DNA of 33,221 nucleotides from contig JBGGMJ010000076.1 of NCBI GenBank assembly GCA_041288095.1, positions 1-33,221 on the forward strand, in the 5' to 3' direction. Made by a program: the position numbers and the translations under genes. The DNA comes from Myxococcota bacterium (GTDB lineage Bacteria > Myxococcota > XYA12-FULL-58-9 > JALHOP01). The notes below the pieces were generated by a model. That model worked only from the letters and a program-made list of their open reading frames with translations, was not told the origin of the DNA and made no database searches. Every line of letters begins with the position of its first letter. Position 1 is the stretch's first letter. Shown here one piece after another: positions 28,647-33,221 of the stretch.

Positions 28647-28719
28647 ATGGAACGAAATCGTATCGCCAGTCCGCCAAAAAAGAGGAGAGTGGATCGACCA
28701 CTGTTACGTTTAGCAGTGG

Positions 28720-30681
28720 ATGCGCGCGTTCCCCCACGCCCTCATCGCAGTATCCGTTGTCATCCTGGCGGGAGTGTCGGCGGCGCAAGCAGCGAGCGAG
28801 CGTATTCGTTCGTTGCGCGCGCCCGGCCGCGCCGACGCCAGGGTTTATCGGCTATTGCGGACACCGCCCCCCGATGCTTCCGGGCAGGTGCCGATGTTCG
28901 TTCGCGCCCGCGATGACGAAGCCCGTCGCAGCCTCTCGACGCTCGGCGTCAAGGCCGAGCTCGGTCGCTGGACGCCGGTGCAGCTCGACCGCGGTGCCAT
29001 CGCACAGGCCCTCGTGAGCCGTGGCAAGCTCGACCTCGAGGTGCAGCCCGCGCACCGCCCGTATCTCGAGCTGTCGGCGCGCGAGATTGGTGTCACCGAC
29101 GTGCAAGCGGGCATCGGGGTTCAGTCGGCGCGTACCGGTCGCGGCGTTCTCGTCGGCATCATCGACACCGGCCTCGACCTGCGTCACACCGCTTTCACCG
29201 ATGACGACGGGCGCTCACGCGTCATCGCGGTCTGGGATCAGGACGGTAGGGGCGCGCACCCCGAAGACTTCGACTACGGCAACGAGTGCCGCGAGTCCGC
29301 GATCGCGAACGGCACGTGCGCCATCGACGACGGCAATGGTCATGGCACGCACGTCGCGGGCATCGCCGCGGGCAATGGCCAGCTCGGTGGCATGGCGCCG
29401 CACTCCAAGATCGCGGTCGTTCGCTCGAACACGTTCACGCGTCTCGCCGATGCGGTCGAGTATCTGACCAAGCTGGCGCGCGACCGCGACATGCCGCTGG
29501 TCATCAACTTGAGCGTCGGTGGTCAGTACGGCGCCCATGACGGCGCCACCCCGCTCGAGGAGTGGCTCGACGACCATCTCGGTGACGGCCGCATTCTCGT
29601 CGCCGCGGCAGGCAATGAAGGCGGCGGGCGCCTGCACGCTTCAGCGGAGCTGCGCGCCACCGAGAAGTATTTGGCGGTCGAGCGCATCCCACTCGGCCGC
29701 CAGGTGACCACGCACGTCGACATGTGGAGCCCGGCGAACGCGGACGTGAACCTCGCGGTTGAGCTCTGGGTCGATGGCGCCCCGGTGTCCCGTTTGCCGC
29801 TGGTCGCGCGCGACGACGATGTGCTCGAGGACGCGATCAGCGTCGACGGCGAGTATCGAGTCGATTTCACCTTCACCTCCGAGCCGAGAAATGGCCGGCA
29901 GCACCGGCTCCTGGTCATCGACGGCTCCGCGGCGCGCGAGCTCGCGGGGCGCGCCCAAGCCGTGCTGGTCATGTCGGGCAGTGGCTCCGTCGACGCTTGG
30001 GTGTCGCAGAGCGACGGCGGTAGCGCCTCGCGCTTCGGCAACGGGGGCTCCAGTGGCTGGATCGCTGGCGATGGCCGCGAATCGATCGCGGTGCCCGCGA
30101 CCGCCCGCAGCGTCATCGCCGTTGGCGCCTACGCGACACGCAACACCTGGACGTCCGAGATCGACGGCTCGCAACAGGTCGAGGACTTGGGCCTCGGCCG
30201 CCTGGCTCCCTACTCGAGCATCGGCCCAACCGCCGCTCCCGAGCGCACCGGCGTGAAGCCGGACATCACCGCGCCCGGCTCCGTCATCATCTCGGCGCGC
30301 GCCCGGAGCATCCCCGACGGCCCCGACGTGGTCGACGCCAACCGCGTCATCATGCAGGGCACCAGCATGGCGTCCCCACACGTCGCCGGCGCCATCGCCT
30401 TGATGCTCGAGGCGGCGCCCAAGCTCTCGTCGAACGACGTCCGCCGCATCTTCACCCAGACCGCTAGGGCGGACATCGCCACCGGCTCGACTCCGAACGA
30501 AGCCTACGGCCTCGGCAAGCTCGATGCGAAGGCCGCGGTAGCGATGGCGGAAAACGAGCCGCAGGGCTGTGCGGCGACGAGCGCGGACCTGTGGACCGTG
30601 CTCGGCCTGGTGGCCTTCGGCGTCGCCTATCGCGCCTCGCGCCGGCGCCTTCTAGACGCCGACGACGCTTCGATGGAGTGA
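28720..30681 (+). CDS. Secreted subtilisin-like (S8) serine peptidase with MYXO-CTERM-like C-terminal anchor
   Basis: Signal peptide; triad GIIDTG, HGTHVAGIAAG, QGTSMASPHVAG; oxyanion AAGNEG; ~160-aa beta-rich insert; C-terminal GC + TM + RRR. Confidence 0.93.
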   Translation: MRAFPHALIAVSVVILAGVSAAQAASERIRSLRAPGRADARVYRLLRTPPPDASGQVPMFVRARDDEARRSLSTLGVKAELGRWTPVQLDRGAIAQALVSRGKLDLEVQPAHRPYLELSAREIGVTDVQAGIGVQSARTGRGVLVGIIDTGLDLRHTAFTDDDGRSRVIAVWDQDGRGAHPEDFDYGNECRESAIANGTCAIDDGNGHGTHVAGIAAGNGQLGGMAPHSKIAVVRSNTFTRLADAVEYLTKLARDRDMPLVINLSVGGQYGAHDGATPLEEWLDDHLGDGRILVAAAGNEGGGRLHASAELRATEKYLAVERIPLGRQVTTHVDMWSPANADVNLAVELWVDGAPVSRLPLVARDDDVLEDAISVDGEYRVDFTFTSEPRNGRQHRLLVIDGSAARELAGRAQAVLVMSGSGSVDAWVSQSDGGSASRFGNGGSSGWIAGDGRESIAVPATARSVIAVGAYATRNTWTSEIDGSQQVEDLGLGRLAPYSSIGPTAAPERTGVKPDITAPGSVIISARARSIPDGPDVVDANRVIMQGTSMASPHVAGAIALMLEAAPKLSSNDVRRIFTQTARADIATGSTPNEAYGLGKLDAKAAVAMAENEPQGCAATSADLWTVLGLVAFGVAYRASRRRLLDADDASME

Positions 30682-30690
30682 GATAAAGGC

Positions 30691-31068
30691 TTAGCGCGCG
30701 CGCTTGGCGGCCGCGGGCTTCGCGGCCGGCTTGGACGCCGGTTTGGCCGCCGCTGGCTTCGCCGCGGCTTTTGCCGGTGCCGGCTTCGCCTTGGCTACCT
30801 TGGCCGGAGCCGCGTCGCCGAGCTGCGCCGGCCAATGCTGCGCCATGAGCTCTTCCGCTTGGCCTCCGGTCACGAGCCTGTAGCTGCTCTCGACGATGCG
30901 ATCGTTCAGGCGGTGTTCCTTGCCCTCGGTGTCGATGACGCGGCGCTTGTTCTCGCCCGCCAGCCACTCCATGTAGAGGACGAGGCGCGGTAGCTCTCCG
31001 CCCTGGGTCGAGGTGGTGCGCTTCAAGACGGTACGCCCGGCGCGGGCCTTCGCGAGAATGTCTGCCAT
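30691..31068 (-). CDS. Hypothetical protein with Lys/Ala/Pro-rich histone-H1-like tail
   Basis: ~80-aa globular-looking part followed by PAKVAKAKPAPAKAAAKPAAAKPASKPAAKPAAAKRAR. Confidence 0.7.
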   Translation of the reverse strand: MADILAKARAGRTVLKRTTSTQGGELPRLVLYMEWLAGENKRRVIDTEGKEHRLNDRIVESSYRLVTGGQAEELMAQHWPAQLGDAAPAKVAKAKPAPAKAAAKPAAAKPASKPAAKPAAAKRAR

Positions 31069-31107
31069 GGGAGGCTAACTACTCGGTGAGGCCGCGCTCG
31101 CGCAACC

Positions 31108-32040
31108 TCAGCCGGCGGCCGCCGCGGCCTCGACCGCCGCCTGCAGCGCCGGGTCGATGGTCAGCGTGCCCCCGGCCTGGCGGGTTAGCATCTCCTGAGC
31201 GATGGTCGCGAGCGCCGCCGTACGGTCGGCTTCGGCGCGCGCCGCGACGCCGGCAACGATGGCGTCGGCCTCGGCGCCGGAAACGTGGTCCGCGGCTTCC
31301 CCGACGCCTTGGATGGCGGCGCATTGGTCGACGATGCCGGCGGCCTCGGCGTCGCTGACGCCACCGAAGCTTCGTACGCTGTTGCGGACGCTTTGCTCGA
31401 GGGCGTCGAGACCTTCGGCTTGCTCGAACCGTACCTTGAACTCGGCCTGCGCGGCGTCGACGTTGCCGCTCCGCATGGCGTTGTGCATGCGATTGACGTA
31501 CTCGCGATAGAGGCGGTCCATCCGCTGGTTGCGTTGGCCGCCACCCATCGAGTCGTAGTGGTTGGCGACGCGCGACATGAAGCCGAGCTGCGATGCGAGC
31601 TGCTCGCGCGGGATGTCGCCGGCCCCGACGAGCAAATCGGCTACCTCGCCCTGCAGGAACGGGTCGTTCTCGGCGGCGTGGGTGATCCCGAGGGCATCGA
31701 CGATGTCCTGGACGGCGGTTTGCTGCGGGATGCCGTGCACCTCGGCGAGCGCCAGCATCGCACTGACGCTGGGATAACTCTCGTTGGCGAGGGTCGTGAG
31801 GCCTTCTTGCCAGGCTGCATAGGCGACGTCGGCGGGCGGGGCGGTGCCGTCGATTTCACCCGCGCTGACCGTCAAAGCGGACGGGGCGGCGGTCGTGTAG
31901 GCAAGGCCTGCCGGCGATCCGTTATCGATCGCGTCGATATCGGCGACTGGTTGCACTCCGGCCGGCGCGGCGGGCGCGTCGATCGGAGTCGAGGAGAGAA
32001 GGCCAACATTGGGGCTCGAATCGAAATTGATGGAGGACAT
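31108..32040 (-). CDS. Hypothetical acidic, mostly helical protein with low-complexity N-terminus
   Basis: 310-aa ORF, ATG start after AGGGTGG, GC-rich third codon positions; no signal peptide or recognised domain. Confidence 0.75.
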   Translation of the reverse strand: MSSINFDSSPNVGLLSSTPIDAPAAPAGVQPVADIDAIDNGSPAGLAYTTAAPSALTVSAGEIDGTAPPADVAYAAWQEGLTTLANESYPSVSAMLALAEVHGIPQQTAVQDIVDALGITHAAENDPFLQGEVADLLVGAGDIPREQLASQLGFMSRVANHYDSMGGGQRNQRMDRLYREYVNRMHNAMRSGNVDAAQAEFKVRFEQAEGLDALEQSVRNSVRSFGGVSDAEAAGIVDQCAAIQGVGEAADHVSGAEADAIVAGVAARAEADRTAALATIAQEMLTRQAGGTLTIDPALQAAVEAAAAAG

Positions 32041-32088
32041 GGGAAACCACCCTGCGGAGACGTTGAATCGTTGGTTGTAGGAGTTGGA

Positions 32089-32802
32089 TTAGCCGGCGGC
32101 GCCGGCGGCGCGCGCGCCGCACAGCTTGGCCGCGATGTCATGGGCCGTGCTGACGCGGTAACCGCGCGTCACCAACACGTCGGCCACGACGTCGGCGGCG
32201 AGCTCGCCGTCGCTCGCGAGACCCAATTGGCTCCGCAGCAGGGTGCTGATGCCGGAGCCCAGGCTCTTCCTGCGACTGTCGATCCAGCCTTTGCCGATCC
32301 ACGCCTGGATGTCCTGCAGGTCCTCGGCAATGACGTGGTCGCGCTTGGTGCGAGCGCGCATCACGGTGAGAGCACCGCGGGCATCGCCGCGCGGCACACC
32401 GAAGGCCATGAGGAAGCGCAGCAGCTCGTCGTGCGTCATGCGATTCTTGTGACTCGCGCGCATCTGGCTGGTGACAGCGCGCTCGACGTTCGGTGGCACC
32501 ACCGAGCTCACGTCGAACATGCTCGAGTCGCGACGCTCCGCGACCCGGCGCTGTTGCCGCTCTTGGCTAGGTCGCAGCTCGATGACCTCGGCCACCTTGC
32601 TGGTCTCGCGCTTCGCGGGGAAACGCTCGACGACCTCCGAGTGCGACAAGCCGGCGAGGAGCGCCAACTGCCGCCGCAGAGCGACGAGAATACGGTGATG
32701 TAAGGCTCGCGCTTGCGTACGCCCATCCACGGTTGCCGCGTCGATCACCGCCACCAACGCCGCCACCAAGTTCCGAAACGCCGCCCGAAGATTCTGGCTC
32801 AT
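32089..32802 (-). CDS. Hypothetical basic helical protein
   Basis: 237-aa ORF, co-oriented 48 nt upstream of the 31108-32040 gene; no recognised domain. Confidence 0.7.
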   Translation of the reverse strand: MSQNLRAAFRNLVAALVAVIDAATVDGRTQARALHHRILVALRRQLALLAGLSHSEVVERFPAKRETSKVAEVIELRPSQERQQRRVAERRDSSMFDVSSVVPPNVERAVTSQMRASHKNRMTHDELLRFLMAFGVPRGDARGALTVMRARTKRDHVIAEDLQDIQAWIGKGWIDSRRKSLGSGISTLLRSQLGLASDGELAADVVADVLVTRGYRVSTAHDIAAKLCGARAAGAAG

Positions 32803-32851
32803 GATGTGGGGACTTACTGTCCTCTGGGGTGTTTGGGCTCGTATCGGCGGT

Positions 32852-32889
32852 CTGTCGGGTTGTCAGCGGGCTGTCGCCCTGTCAGGGCG
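32852..32889. promoter_or_regulatory. Tandem 19-nt direct repeat CTGTCG-N3-TGTCAG, putative TF site
   Basis: CTGTCGggtTGTCAGcggg (32852-32870) and CTGTCGcccTGTCAGggcg (32871-32889) in a divergent intergenic region. Confidence 0.5.
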
Positions 32890-32960
32890 GGGTCGTCTTC
32901 GCAAACCCGCGCAGTTGCAGCGCCTTTACTGACTTTTCGTCAGTTCGCGATAGCGGATAA

Positions 32961-32976
32961 CGTGACCATGGTCACA
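32961..32976. promoter_or_regulatory. CRP/FNR-family-like palindromic site
   Basis: CGTGA-CCATGG-TCACA matches TGTGA-N6-TCACA at 9/10; inner GTGACCATGGTCAC is a perfect 14-bp palindrome. Confidence 0.5.
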
Positions 32977-33042
32977 ACCAGCCGACGAGCTCCTCAGGTA
33001 CGTGAGGGCGAAGACCGATCTCACGGGAAAAGGGTGGCTGTC

Positions 33043-33221
33043 ATGGCGGTTGATCGTGCGTCTGGTTATCGTCCTTCGTTGATCTCCGCCGAGGAGCTCT
33101 CGGCCCTCCAGCCGCGTGCCTCGACCGTACGCGGCGTGCCGGTACGCGACGATGACGTCTACAGCGTTCGCGATGCCCGGACCGATCTCGACGACGCGCG
33201 TCACGAGGTCCTACCTGTTGG
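33043..33221 (+). CDS. Hypothetical protein, 5' part (runs off the window)
   Basis: ATG 33043 after GGGAAAAGGGTGG; frame open to the window end: MAVDRASGYRPSLISAEELSALQPRASTVRGVPVRDDDVYSVRDARTDLDDARHEVLPV. Not listed in the ORF track. Confidence 0.55.
   Translation, partial: MAVDRASGYRPSLISAEELSALQPRASTVRGVPVRDDDVYSVRDARTDLDDARHEVLPV

Noticed and set aside
32926-33204. 92-aa minus-strand ORF
   Set aside because: No motif; it overlaps a better plus-strand frame starting at 33043 with an RBS and crosses apparent regulatory sites.

Overview
GC-rich, densely coding bacterial chromosome segment with no rRNA, tRNA, CRISPR array, integrase or transposase. The gene content points to Myxococcota or a related deltaproteobacterial lineage (inference from an HRDVSPxN Ser/Thr kinase, Cys-rich lipoproteins, a Cys-repeat OmpA/Pal protein, a REC-DUF4388 protein and a MYXO-CTERM-like tail). 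Left part, in order: the 3' part of cheA, a LarC N-terminal-domain gene, a GAF-PAS-PAS-HisKA protein lacking the ATPase domain, a DoxX-like gene, etfA/etfB, two small Cys-rich lipoproteins, rpe, a tandem cNMP-binding protein, and an SPFH + Arc-like RHH pair with a perfect 24-bp operator-like palindrome. Middle: a tightly coupled pafB-like/pafC-like WYL pair + ridA + rnz operon, a Ser/Thr kinase, an FAD-fold protein, a beta-sandwich lipoprotein, a 4xGAF hybrid kinase and a GH3 glucosidase with an unusual N-terminus. Right part: a transmembrane REC-DUF4388-TPR protein, cpoB, a pal-like gene, tdk, an S8 protease and a cluster of orphan genes around a motif-rich divergent promoter. Best candidates for undescribed biology: (1) a PafBC-like WYL pair outside its actinobacterial context, coupled to RidA and RNase Z; (2) a recurring GCCGATACG (sigma28 -10-like) element upstream of signal-peptide-less proteins, several with disordered N-termini; (3) a possibly paralogous basic/acidic orphan gene pair; (4) a membrane-spanning response regulator downstream of pal-cpoB. 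All family calls come from motif recognition by eye; no searches were run.
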